IMG/VR virus record: IMGVR_UViG_3300046474_000370
Span: 37,111 to 101,110 of that record
Origin: a virus
DNA length: 64,000 nt
Reading direction: 5' to 3' (one strand)
In this document: positions 54,293-63,927 of the stretch, in pieces
Position numbering within the stretch: position 1 is the first letter of the stretch
Layout of the letters: the number at the start of each line of letters is the position of its first letter
The notes under the pieces: generated by a model
Database searches by the model: none
Told to the model about the DNA's origin: nothing
The model's input: only the letters and a program-made list of their open reading frames with translations
Position numbers and translations under genes: made by a program

Positions 54293-54446
54293 CAGTATCG
54301 AGCCGCCAGTTACTGAGTGTCAAGCATTGAGTGGCCGATTGAGAACTCTTTTTTTATATGCGAGGTGAATATGCACGCACGCCTGCGTCCGAACCGCAAC
54401 TGCGGTTGCTCGGTGGAGGACATCGTTTTCCTGATCCTGCTGTGGA

Positions 54447-54590
54447 ATGCCTGTGTTCGCGCGCGCGCTTGACCGCCTGCTCGACGGTATCTGGGATGTG
54501 ACCGAGCCGCTGGCCGGGCGCTGCCCGGTGTGCGCGTTCTGGCGCGGGGTGCTCTACGGCATCGTGGTCGGTGTGCTGGTGATGCTCTGA
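54447..54590 (+). CDS. 47-aa membrane protein
   Basis: Hand-translated, CPVCAFWRG plus TM; stop overlaps the next start. Confidence 0.55.
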   Translation: MPVFARALDRLLDGIWDVTEPLAGRCPVCAFWRGVLYGIVVGVLVML

Positions 54591-55804
54591 TGGCGGCCAA
54601 GACCGTTGCGCTGGAGCGCTTCGCCGGCATCGCCAACCTGCTCGCGCCCGAGCGCATCAGCAGCTACCCGAGCCGGGAGCGCGCCGACATCGAGCTGGTC
54701 GACGCGCGCAACGTCGTCATCGACAACGCGCACCGGCTCTCGCGCCGGGCCGGGCAGTCGCTGCGGCTGGCCGCGTCCGGCGCTCATTCGCTGTGGTCGA
54801 ACGGGGCGCTGTGCCTGTATGTGGCGGGCGGCGTGATGTACCGGCTGAACCCGGATTTCACCAGCGTGCCGGTGGCCGCCGGGCTGGCCGATGCGGCGCT
54901 GTGCTATGTGGAGGTCAACGGCCGGGTCTACCACTCGAACGGCGACACCAGCGCGGTACTGGACGAGGGCCGGGTGCGCGGCTGGGGTATCGGCCTCGAC
55001 CAGATCACCGTGAGCGCGCGCGCGATCGCCGGCAACCTGGCGGCCGGCACCTACCAGTATGCGCTGACCCTGCTGCGCGAGGATGGCCAGGAGAGCGGCG
55101 CCGGGCTGGCGCGCGCGATCGAGTTGGGCGATGGCGCCGGGCTCGCCTTCAGCTGGGCGGTGCCGGCCGACCCGGCGATCACCCACGCGGCACTGTACCT
55201 GACCCAGCCCAACGGCGAAACCTTGTTGCAGGCGGCCGTGCTGGAGGTCGGGTTGGGCGCCTATGCGTACCTGGGCGGGGCGCGCGCGTTGCCGCTGGCG
55301 ACCCAATGGCTGGACGCGCCGCCGCCGGGCCAGGCGCTGGCCTACTACCGTGGCCGGATTTACATCGCCAGCGGCGCGGTGCTGTACGCCACCGCAGCGC
55401 TGGCCTATGAACACTGCGACCTGCGCGACTTCCTGCTGTTCGACGGCAGCCCGATCGCGTTGCTGGCGGCGGTCGACAACGGCCTGTTCGTCGGCACCGA
55501 GCGCGCCGTCTATTTCCTGGCCGGCGGCACGCTGGCCACCGCCAGCCTGTCCCCGCGGCTGGCGGTGGGCGCGGTGCGCGGTTCGCTGGCCTATGGCGAC
55601 GGCGAGGCCGTCACCGGCCGCCGCGAGCTGTCCGGCCAGGCCGTGGCGCTGTTCGCCACCACCGACGGCATCGTCATGGGCATGCCGGACGGCAGCATGG
55701 TCGAACTGACCCGCGCGCGCTACCGGATGCCGGCCAGCGGGCCGGCCGGCGCGCTGTTCGAGCCGGGCGCGTTCAGCCGCTACCTGCTGGCCATGCAAGG
55801 CTGA
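54590..55804 (+). CDS. Tail protein (nozzle/tubular B-like)
   Basis: FAGIANL, DARNVVID...RRAG, beta-propeller-like pattern; follows the adaptor. Confidence 0.7.
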   Translation: MAAKTVALERFAGIANLLAPERISSYPSRERADIELVDARNVVIDNAHRLSRRAGQSLRLAASGAHSLWSNGALCLYVAGGVMYRLNPDFTSVPVAAGLADAALCYVEVNGRVYHSNGDTSAVLDEGRVRGWGIGLDQITVSARAIAGNLAAGTYQYALTLLREDGQESGAGLARAIELGDGAGLAFSWAVPADPAITHAALYLTQPNGETLLQAAVLEVGLGAYAYLGGARALPLATQWLDAPPPGQALAYYRGRIYIASGAVLYATAALAYEHCDLRDFLLFDGSPIALLAAVDNGLFVGTERAVYFLAGGTLATASLSPRLAVGAVRGSLAYGDGEAVTGRRELSGQAVALFATTDGIVMGMPDGSMVELTRARYRMPASGPAGALFEPGAFSRYLLAMQG

Positions 55805-55835
55805 CCGCCGGCCGCCCCCTACTGCTTCCGCTTGC

Positions 55836-55859
55836 CCCGCCTCGTGCGGGTTTTTTTTT
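55836..55859 (+). terminator. Intrinsic terminator
   Basis: CCCGC-CTCGT-GCGGG plus T9. Confidence 0.75.
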
Positions 55860-55893
55860 GCCCGCCCCAGGCGGCTCATCTAGGAGAACCATC

Positions 55894-56664
55894 GTGACCC
55901 TTCGCCTTTCGACCGCCTTGCGCGACCACGTCAACCAGAATGGCAGCATCAAGTCGGCGCTGCAAAACGGCCAGATCCTGATCTACACCGGGGCCCAGCC
56001 GGCCACCGCCGATGCGGCCCCGACCGGCACCCTGCTGGCCACCATCACCGCCAGTTCCGCCAGCCGCACCGCCGAGGTACTGGCGACCGGGACCATCACG
56101 CTGTCGGGCAGTTCGGGCACGGTCAGCGCGGTCTCGGTCAACGGGGTGTCGGTGATCGACACCGGCGTCCCCTTCAACAGCACGCTGACCCAGACCGCGG
56201 CCGACCTGGCCGCCGAGATCAACAACGCCGCCTCGTCGCCCGACTACACCGCCACCTCGAGCGGCGCGGTGGTCACGGTCAAGGCCAAGCGCGGCACCGG
56301 CAGCTCGGTCAACGACTTCGTGGTGGCGGTGACGGCGACCGGCATGACGGCCTCGGTGGCGGCGCTGGCCGGGGGCGTGAACGCCAGCAACGGCCTGAAG
56401 TTCGGCACCTCCAGCAGCGGTGTGCTGAGCAAGCTGGCGTCGCAGGTGTGGTCGGGGGTGGCGGGCGCGACCGGCACGGCCGGCTGGTTCCGTTTCACCG
56501 GCTCGGTGGCCGATTCCGGCGTGCTCGACTCGGCCGCCACCGAAATCCGTTTGGACGGGGCGATCTCGACCTCCGGCGCGCAGCTGAACATGTCGTCGAC
56601 CGCGATCACGTCGGGAGCGACGCAGACCATCAGCTCGTTCCCGATCACGCTGCCGACCTCCTGA
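55894..56664 (+). CDS. Virion fibre subunit (bead protein) with inserted domain, module 2
   Basis: LIYTGAQPATADAAPTGTLL...GTAGWFRF; GTG start after AGGAG. Confidence 0.75.
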   Translation: MTLRLSTALRDHVNQNGSIKSALQNGQILIYTGAQPATADAAPTGTLLATITASSASRTAEVLATGTITLSGSSGTVSAVSVNGVSVIDTGVPFNSTLTQTAADLAAEINNAASSPDYTATSSGAVVTVKAKRGTGSSVNDFVVAVTATGMTASVAALAGGVNASNGLKFGTSSSGVLSKLASQVWSGVAGATGTAGWFRFTGSVADSGVLDSAATEIRLDGAISTSGAQLNMSSTAITSGATQTISSFPITLPTS

Positions 56665-56712
56665 GCCCGCGCATTGCGCCGCCGCGCGTCCCCTTCTGAC
56701 AAGGAACTGGCC

Positions 56713-57759
56713 ATGCTGCTATTCATTGATGGATTCGACCATTACGCAACCGCCGACCTGGGCAAGAAGGGGTGGACGGCGACGGGCACCGACCCGACCA
56801 ACCTGGTGGTCAGTGCCAGCGCCGGGCGCCGTGGCGGCGGCGCGCTCGCGCTGGGCGGCGGGGGGAATATCAACGATGTAATGGGCGGCCGCGGCATCGC
56901 CCAGCTGGCCACGGTGGTGATCGGCTTCGCGCATCAGGCCTCGGCCGCCGGCACCACCCTGTGCGCACTGCACGATGCGACCAGCAGCACGCGCCAGGTC
57001 ACGCTCAAGCACAACACGGATGGCACGATCACGGCCTACCGGGGCTCGTCGGTGCTCGGCACCGCGCTGGGGACGTCGACGCTGACGATGACGGCCGGCG
57101 GCTTCAACTTTGTCGAGTGCAAGGCCACGATCCACCCGAGCGCCGGCAGCGTCGAGGTGCGCGTGAACGGGGTCACGTTCATGTCGCTGACCGGGCAGAA
57201 CACGCGCAGTTCGAGCAACAGCTACGCCAACGCGATCCGCCTCGGCTGGGACACCAACCCGCCAGCCGGGACCACGGCCGTGTTTGACGACCTGTACGTG
57301 TGCGACACCAGCGGCAGCGTCAACTATGATTTCCTCGGTGACTGCCGGGTCGATACGGTGTACCCCGTCGCCGATGGTTTCTACGGGGCGTTCACGCCAT
57401 CGACCGGCACCAGCCACTATGCGCTGGTGGACGAGGCGCCGCCGAACACCACCGATTATGTCGATGGCGCCGCCGTGGGCGACCGCGACAGCTACGACTG
57501 CGGCGCGCTGTCCGCGCTGCTGAGCGAGACCGTGTTCGGGGTCCAGGTCAACGCCGCCGCCCTCAAGGATGACAGCGGCACCCGCAGCCTGGCCACGATG
57601 GCGCGTTCTGGCAGCACCAACAGCGACGGCAGCACGGTCGCGCTGGCCACCAGCCAGGGCATCCTGTCGCAGGTGTTCGAGTCCGACCCGGCCAGCGCCG
57701 GCGCGTGGACCGAAAGCGCCGTCAATAGCGCCGAGTTCGGCGTCAAAGTGGCGGCCTGA
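56713..57759 (+). CDS. Virion protein, ConA-like plus beta-sandwich (fibre tip)
   Basis: FIDGFDHY, VEVRVNG, FDDLYVCD, WTESAVNSAEFGVK. Confidence 0.75.
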   Translation: MLLFIDGFDHYATADLGKKGWTATGTDPTNLVVSASAGRRGGGALALGGGGNINDVMGGRGIAQLATVVIGFAHQASAAGTTLCALHDATSSTRQVTLKHNTDGTITAYRGSSVLGTALGTSTLTMTAGGFNFVECKATIHPSAGSVEVRVNGVTFMSLTGQNTRSSSNSYANAIRLGWDTNPPAGTTAVFDDLYVCDTSGSVNYDFLGDCRVDTVYPVADGFYGAFTPSTGTSHYALVDEAPPNTTDYVDGAAVGDRDSYDCGALSALLSETVFGVQVNAAALKDDSGTRSLATMARSGSTNSDGSTVALATSQGILSQVFESDPASAGAWTESAVNSAEFGVKVAA

Positions 57760-57761
57760 CC

Positions 57762-59303
57762 ATGACCGTCGCGCGCGTCAGCCAACTGGCAGTCGAGGTC
57801 CTGCGCAGCGGCATCGCCCCGCTGACGGGCGACATCACCCTGTCTGCACTGACGCTCAGTGGCGCGGCCGGGGTCGGCGCGGCCGGCGACGCCACGCTGG
57901 AACTGCTGACGCTCGATGCCAACAGCGGCGCCGTGGCGCAAGGCAGTGCCACCCTGCCCGGGCTGACGCTGGCGGGTGCGGCACACCTGGCCTACCCGAT
58001 GAGCGGCGCGGTCGATCTCGGCGCCGGCGCCGGCACCATGTTCGCGCTGACCGGGGCCATGACCACCAGCGCCGACAGCAACGGCGATTCGTTCTTCCCC
58101 GAGCTGGTGGTCGAGGGCGGGCTCGACCCGGCGCTGGCGTGGCCGGAGCTGGCCCTGAGCGCCGACGCCGTGGCCGGCACGGTCGCCAGCGGGCGCGCGC
58201 TGCTGACGGCGCCGCTGCTCGAGGGCGGCATCGACGCCGGCGTGCGGCTCCCCGCGTTCACGCTGGCCGCCAGCGGCGAGGCGGCGGCGCTGATCACCGG
58301 CCAGGTGCAGCTGGCGCCGCTGAAGCTGGCCGGGTCGCTGGCGCCGGCCCTGGCACTGCCGCTGCCGGGCGTGGCCGGGACGCTGCTGGCCGGCACCGTG
58401 GCGGCGGCCAGCTGCACCTTGCCGGACTGGACGGTGGCGGCCGATTGGGACCCGGCCGGCGCGCTCGACATGCCGGCCTGGACGCTGGCGGCGGCGGCGC
58501 TGGCCGGCAGCGTGGCCGATGGCCACGCGACGTTCGGGCGGCTGGCCGTCGACGCCCGCCATTACCAGGACACGGTGGCCGCCGGCGCGGTGCTGTTCGG
58601 GGTGCTGACGGCGGACGGCACGGCCGGCGCCGACAACCTGATTGCGGCCCAGGTCAGCCTGCCGCGCCTGACGCTGGCCGGACTGGCGCTGTCCGGCGCG
58701 CGCGGCAGCGCGACCCTGACGCTGCCGCTGGTGACGCTCCACGCGGCCGGCCACAGCCAGACCATCGGCCAGGCCGCGATCGAGCTGCCGGTGCTGCTGG
58801 TGGACGCCGTCGGCGGGGCCCGCCGCGACAGCACGGCCGTCACCACGATCGCACTCAACACCCAGCTGGCGGCGGTGACCCGGTTCGATGCGTTGCCGGC
58901 CAACAGCTTCGCGCGCTTTGGCGGGGTGACGCTGGCCGCCACCGCCGACGGCATCGTCGCGCTGATGGGCGACACCGACCTCGGCCAGCCGATCGCGGCC
59001 ACGCTGGTGGCCGGCGTCAGCGACTATGGCAGCGACAGCATCAAGCGCATCATCGCCGGTTACGTCGGCTACCGCGCCAGCGGCAGCGTCGAGCTGACCC
59101 TGATCGCCGATGGCCACGACGAGTATGTGTACCCGCTGGCGCCGCGCCGCGCCGACGGCGCGCTGCACCCGGCGCGGGTCAAGTTCGGGCGCGGCGCCGA
59201 AGGCCGCTATTGGCAGTGGAAGCTGGCCAACCTGGACGGCGCCGATTTCAGCGTCGACAGCCTTGGCCTGGATGTCGAGACGTTGTCGCGCAAGGTGCGC
59301 TGA
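57762..59303 (+). CDS. Rope-like repeat protein with C-terminal tail-attachment domain
   Basis: About 17 repeats of 17-21 aa (GxxTLPxLTLxG-like); C-terminal KFGRG..GRYWQW. Confidence 0.75.
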   Translation: MTVARVSQLAVEVLRSGIAPLTGDITLSALTLSGAAGVGAAGDATLELLTLDANSGAVAQGSATLPGLTLAGAAHLAYPMSGAVDLGAGAGTMFALTGAMTTSADSNGDSFFPELVVEGGLDPALAWPELALSADAVAGTVASGRALLTAPLLEGGIDAGVRLPAFTLAASGEAAALITGQVQLAPLKLAGSLAPALALPLPGVAGTLLAGTVAAASCTLPDWTVAADWDPAGALDMPAWTLAAAALAGSVADGHATFGRLAVDARHYQDTVAAGAVLFGVLTADGTAGADNLIAAQVSLPRLTLAGLALSGARGSATLTLPLVTLHAAGHSQTIGQAAIELPVLLVDAVGGARRDSTAVTTIALNTQLAAVTRFDALPANSFARFGGVTLAATADGIVALMGDTDLGQPIAATLVAGVSDYGSDSIKRIIAGYVGYRASGSVELTLIADGHDEYVYPLAPRRADGALHPARVKFGRGAEGRYWQWKLANLDGADFSVDSLGLDVETLSRKVR

Positions 59304-59336
59304 TGCGCGCCCAACCACCCAAAGCAGGGGGCCCGG

Positions 59337-61664
59337 ATGTCTGAATGCTCTGCCACCACGATCGTCACCGACCTGGCCGACCTGGCCCCGGTCTCGGTGA
59401 CACCGTTGCCGCCGCTGCCGGCGCCGCCGCTGCTGGCGCCGCTCGGGCCGTTCGAGGGCGCGCCGCCGATGCCGGAGCTGGCGCCGCTCGATCCGCTGGA
59501 GCCGCCCGAGCAATTCGAGCTGGTCCCGCTGGCGACGCTGCCGTATATGGATTCGGCCGCGTCCGGCGTGGTGCGCGAGGTGCTGGCGCAGACCGGCGAG
59601 CTGGCCGCCAGCGCGCAGGCGCAGGCGATCGCCAACATCGAGGCGCTGGCCGCCTACCAGCCGACGTTTGCCCCGCTGGAGCCACCGCAGGTGCCGACCG
59701 CGCCCGCGGTCACGCTGCCGGCGCTGGGCAGCGCGCCGACCGCGGGCGACCTGACGCCGCAGTTCGCCAGCGCCCCGGTCGCGCCGCAGCTGGGCGCCCC
59801 GCAGGTGCTGGAGCTGGCCGACCCGCCCGTGTTCGATGTGACCGACGTGGCGATCATGGATATCCCGCTGCCGGACCCGTTCGATGCGCTGATGCCGGAC
59901 GAGCCGCAGTTCGCGCCGATCGGGGTGGCGGTCGAGCCGAACGTGGAACTGCCGCCCGTGCCGAGCCTGCTGGCACTGGCGCTGCCCGAACCGCCGCAGG
60001 TGGCGCTGCCGCTGTTTGACGCCGAACTGGGCAGCGGCCCGGCGGTGCCGGAGGCGCGCTTCGTGTATGCCGAGGTGGAATACGCCAGCAGCTTGCTGGG
60101 GGCGCTGCAAGCCCGCTTGAGCCCGCTCGTGGCGGACATGGCGGCGACCGGCATCGACCAGTCGGTCGAGCAGGCGATCTGGGACCGCGCGGCCGACCGC
60201 GAGGCCTTGCTGACCCACCGCGCCACCGGCGAGGCGCTGCGCCTGATGACCGCGCGCGGCTTTCGGATGCCGGAGGCGGCGCTGGTGCGCATCGTCCAGC
60301 AGGCGCTGCAGGGCGGGTTGCACCGCACCGCCGGGCTGCGCCGCGACATCGCGGTCGAGCAGGCGCGCCTGCGCCAGCAGAATTTCCGCTTTGCGCTGGA
60401 AACCGCGACCACGCTGGAGAGCCGCCTGCTGGACCAGGCCAACGCGGCGCAGGCACGCGCGCTGGCCGCCGCCAAGGCCAGTGTCCAGACCGAGATCGCG
60501 ATCTTCAATGCACGGGTCCAGCTGTTCAGCGCCGATGTGCAGGCGTTCGCGGTCAAGGCCAGCGGGTTCCGCGCGCGGCTGGAGGCAGCGCTCGGGGTGA
60601 TCGCCGTCTACCGTTCCCAGCTGGAAGCGCAGCGCACGGTCGGCGAGATCAACGGGCAGAAGGTGGCCATCTACAAGGCCCAGATCGAGGCGGTCCATTT
60701 CATCGTCGACACCTACCGCGCGCGGGTGGACGCGGCCAAGGCGCAGATCGAGGCCAACCAGGCGTTCGTGGATGCCTACCGCGGCCGGATCGACGCCTTC
60801 AAGGCTCAAATCGAGGCCAAGAGCAGCGAATACGACAGCTACGCCGCGCGCGTCAAGGGCCAGGTCGCCAAGGCCGAGCTGTTCGAGCAGCAGGTGCGCA
60901 GCTACCAGTCGCGGGTGGAGGCGTTCGCGGCCCAGGTCAAGGCCAATGTCAGCGTGCAGACGCTGCGCTTCAAGCAGGCCAGCGAATTCCCGCTCGAATT
61001 GTACAAGACGCAGATGCAAGCCTACCAGATCGGGACCGCGGCCAGCGTCGACCAGCTGCGCGCGGTGGCAGGGGTGTTCAGCGCGCGGGTCAAGGCGTTC
61101 GGCGCCGAGGAAGGCGCCAAGGCCGGGCACCTGGACGCGCAGGCCAGGATCGCCGCCGCCAACGCCCAGGCGGCGCTGGCGCAAGCCGAGGTGCTGCTCG
61201 ACACCGGGCGCGCCAACCTGCAAGTGGTGCAGGGTGCGGTCGAGACCGCGCAGGGCAACCTGCGCAGCGCCGGCCAGCTGGCCGGCCAGCTGGCGGCGGC
61301 CGCCATCGCGGCGCAGAGCGTGCATGCGTCGATCGCCGAAAGCGGCTCGCAGTCGGTCGCCAATTCGGCCTCGCGTTCGAGCAGCGACAGCAAAGCGACG
61401 GCCACCAGCAGCAGCACCGGCAGCTCGGCCTCGACCAACGTGGCGCACAGCGCCACCAGCGGCACCTCGACCAGCAATTCGCTCAGCAACACCGAAGGGC
61501 GCAGCTATAACCGCGGGGTCAGCAGCAGCTATTCGGTGCGCATGTCGAGCAACAATTCGACCGCCGTCTCGGCGCATAACTCCTACCTCGGCAGCGTGTC
61601 GATCGGCAGCAGCGCCAGCATGGTGCGCAGCTGCACCGATTCGACCGTGATCTCCGATTCCTGA
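59337..61664 (+). CDS. Virion protein A: Pro-rich, coiled coil, Ser-rich tail
   Basis: Paralogue of the next gene. Confidence 0.75.
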   Translation: MSECSATTIVTDLADLAPVSVTPLPPLPAPPLLAPLGPFEGAPPMPELAPLDPLEPPEQFELVPLATLPYMDSAASGVVREVLAQTGELAASAQAQAIANIEALAAYQPTFAPLEPPQVPTAPAVTLPALGSAPTAGDLTPQFASAPVAPQLGAPQVLELADPPVFDVTDVAIMDIPLPDPFDALMPDEPQFAPIGVAVEPNVELPPVPSLLALALPEPPQVALPLFDAELGSGPAVPEARFVYAEVEYASSLLGALQARLSPLVADMAATGIDQSVEQAIWDRAADREALLTHRATGEALRLMTARGFRMPEAALVRIVQQALQGGLHRTAGLRRDIAVEQARLRQQNFRFALETATTLESRLLDQANAAQARALAAAKASVQTEIAIFNARVQLFSADVQAFAVKASGFRARLEAALGVIAVYRSQLEAQRTVGEINGQKVAIYKAQIEAVHFIVDTYRARVDAAKAQIEANQAFVDAYRGRIDAFKAQIEAKSSEYDSYAARVKGQVAKAELFEQQVRSYQSRVEAFAAQVKANVSVQTLRFKQASEFPLELYKTQMQAYQIGTAASVDQLRAVAGVFSARVKAFGAEEGAKAGHLDAQARIAAANAQAALAQAEVLLDTGRANLQVVQGAVETAQGNLRSAGQLAGQLAAAAIAAQSVHASIAESGSQSVANSASRSSSDSKATATSSSTGSSASTNVAHSATSGTSTSNSLSNTEGRSYNRGVSSSYSVRMSSNNSTAVSAHNSYLGSVSIGSSASMVRSCTDSTVISDS

Positions 61665-61674
61665 AGGGCGACCA

Positions 61675-63858
61675 ATGGCCAACAACAGCGGGAACCTGGG
61701 GGCAGCGCCGTCGTTCGGCAGCCCCGACGCGCCGCCCACGCCGGGGCAGATCGGCAGCGCGACGGCGCTGGTCGGGGATGTGCTGGCCGAGTCGCGCGGG
61801 CTGGCGGCGCAGTCGGCCGGGCGCGGGCTGGCCGCGATCGCGGCGCTGGGCGACTTCGACGTCGCGATCCCGGCGCTGGATTTCCCGGCCCTCGTGATCC
61901 CGGCGCTCGATGCCGCCGCACCCGGCACCGCGCCGGCCGACCCCGGCGACTTGGGCATCACGCTGCCGGCGTTGCCGGCGGCGCCGGCGCAGGGGCCGTT
62001 CGGCGTGATCGGGGCCGGCGAGGCGCCCGAGGCCAACCTGGTGCCGCCGCTGCTGCTCGACATCGCGTTGCCCGATCCGCTGGCGATGCTGGTCCCGGCG
62101 GCGCCGGAGCTGCCGCTGGTCGGCGCGCCGGTCGAGCCCGATTATCAGCTGCCGGCGCCGCCGCAGTTTGTCGCGCTGAACCTGCCGGATGCGCCGGTGT
62201 TCGCGATCGCGCCCTTCGACGCCCAGGCGCCGCAGGCGCCGGACGCGCCCGACCCGCAGTTCGCGTGGGCCGAGGTGGCCTACCACAGCGACGCGCTGGC
62301 CACGCTCAACACGCGCCTGCTGGACCTGGTGAACGGGACGGCCAGCGGCCTGCCGGCCGAGATCGAGAATGCGATCTGGCAAAAGGGCTGCGACAGCGCG
62401 GCCATGCTGAGCTATGTGGCGGTCGACAGCGCGTTGCAGGACAGCGCGGCGCGCGGCTTTGCGATCCCCGGCGGCCAGCTGGTACGGGTGGTGCAGCAGG
62501 CGCTCGAGGCGGCGCTGGCCAAGGATGCCGAGGCCTCGCGTACGGTGATGGTGGAGGCGGCGCGGCTGGAGCAGCAGAACTTCCAGTTCGCGTTCGGCCA
62601 GGCCTTGCAGCTGGAGTCGCGCCTGATCGAGCTGTTCAACCAGGTGCAGGAGCGCGCGCTCGACGCCGCCCGGTTCCGCTCGGCGGCGCTGATCGACCTG
62701 TTCAATGCCCGGCTCAACCTGTACCAGGCCGACGTGCAGGCGTTCGCGGCCAAGGTGGAGGTGTTCAAGACGCGCTTGCAGGCGGCGCTCGCGCAGCTCG
62801 ACCTGTACAAGGCGCAGCTGGAGGCGGTCCATTTGCGCGGCGAGCTGAACGTGCAGATCGTGGGCCAGTACAGCGCCCAGGTGGAGGCGGTGAAAGCGAG
62901 CACCGACATCTTCAAGGCGCGCGTCGAGGCGGTCAAACTGAGTGTCGAGACCAACCGCAACCGAACTGAGCTGTACCGGGCCCAGGTCGAGGCCTATGCC
63001 GCGCTGGCCAAGGCCAATGGCGCGCAGGTGCAGGGCTATCTGGCGCGCTTGCAGGCCGAGCATTCCAAGGCCCAGCTGTTCGGCAGCCAGGTGGCGGCCT
63101 ACACCGCACGGGTCGAGGCGTACCGGGTGCTGACCGATGCCAAGCTGAGTGACGTCACGTTCCAGGTGCGCCAGTTGCAGGAGTTCCCGATGGAACTGTA
63201 CCGGGCACAGATCAGCGGCTACCAGGCGCAGGTCGGGGCCGAGGCGGCGCGCCTGGCCGCCACCGCCGAAGTGTTCCAGCTGCGCGTGGAGGGCTACGCC
63301 GCGGTCGAGCGCGCGAATGCCCAATACGGCGCGGCGCAGGCCGACGCCGCCGCCACCACCACCCGCCTGTATGCGTCGCAGGCGCAAATCGCGCTGCAGG
63401 ACGGCATGAACAAGATGAAGCTGGCGCAGCTCCAGTCGGAGACGGCGCAGTCGGCGCTGCGCGCGGCCGGCCAGCTGACTACCCAGCTGGCGGCGGCGGC
63501 GATGAGCGCGCGCAACGTGTCGGCGTCGCTGACCGGCTCGGTCAGCAATTCGGCCGGCACCTCGGCCTCGGTCAACCAGTCGGTGTCGAACAGCGTCAGC
63601 ACCAGTTCGAGCACGAGCGTGTCCACCAACCACAGCGCCACCACCGGCATCAACAACAGCGCCAGTGTGGCGATCAACCATTCGCAGTCCAGCTCGAACA
63701 ACCAGACCTGGTCCGACACGACCGACCAGTCGGTCAGCAACTCGACCTCGACCTCGGCCAGCAACGAAACCTCGCGCGGGGTGCGCAACAGCCGCGACAC
63801 CTCGGTGCGCCACAGCGACAACGCCACGATCTCGACGCTGTACCAGCACCGCAAGTAA
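61675..63858 (+). CDS. Virion protein B: Pro-rich, coiled coil, Ser-rich tail
   Basis: Shares AIW, ARGF, QQNF.FA and EFP.ELY motifs with the previous gene. Confidence 0.75.
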   Translation: MANNSGNLGAAPSFGSPDAPPTPGQIGSATALVGDVLAESRGLAAQSAGRGLAAIAALGDFDVAIPALDFPALVIPALDAAAPGTAPADPGDLGITLPALPAAPAQGPFGVIGAGEAPEANLVPPLLLDIALPDPLAMLVPAAPELPLVGAPVEPDYQLPAPPQFVALNLPDAPVFAIAPFDAQAPQAPDAPDPQFAWAEVAYHSDALATLNTRLLDLVNGTASGLPAEIENAIWQKGCDSAAMLSYVAVDSALQDSAARGFAIPGGQLVRVVQQALEAALAKDAEASRTVMVEAARLEQQNFQFAFGQALQLESRLIELFNQVQERALDAARFRSAALIDLFNARLNLYQADVQAFAAKVEVFKTRLQAALAQLDLYKAQLEAVHLRGELNVQIVGQYSAQVEAVKASTDIFKARVEAVKLSVETNRNRTELYRAQVEAYAALAKANGAQVQGYLARLQAEHSKAQLFGSQVAAYTARVEAYRVLTDAKLSDVTFQVRQLQEFPMELYRAQISGYQAQVGAEAARLAATAEVFQLRVEGYAAVERANAQYGAAQADAAATTTRLYASQAQIALQDGMNKMKLAQLQSETAQSALRAAGQLTTQLAAAAMSARNVSASLTGSVSNSAGTSASVNQSVSNSVSTSSSTSVSTNHSATTGINNSASVAINHSQSSSNNQTWSDTTDQSVSNSTSTSASNETSRGVRNSRDTSVRHSDNATISTLYQHRK

Positions 63859-63927
63859 TGCGCGGGCGCGCCCGCGCCGCCCCATCCCACTTTGCCCCGC
63901 CTGTCATTGCCCTGGAGCGCCTAATCC

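Noticed and set aside
57492-62063. 1523-aa minus-strand ORF (also 1406-3421, 37097-39169, 41264-43312, 45545-47860)
   Set aside because: Antisense shadows of real plus-strand genes in high-GC DNA; Arg/Gly/His-rich with no motifs
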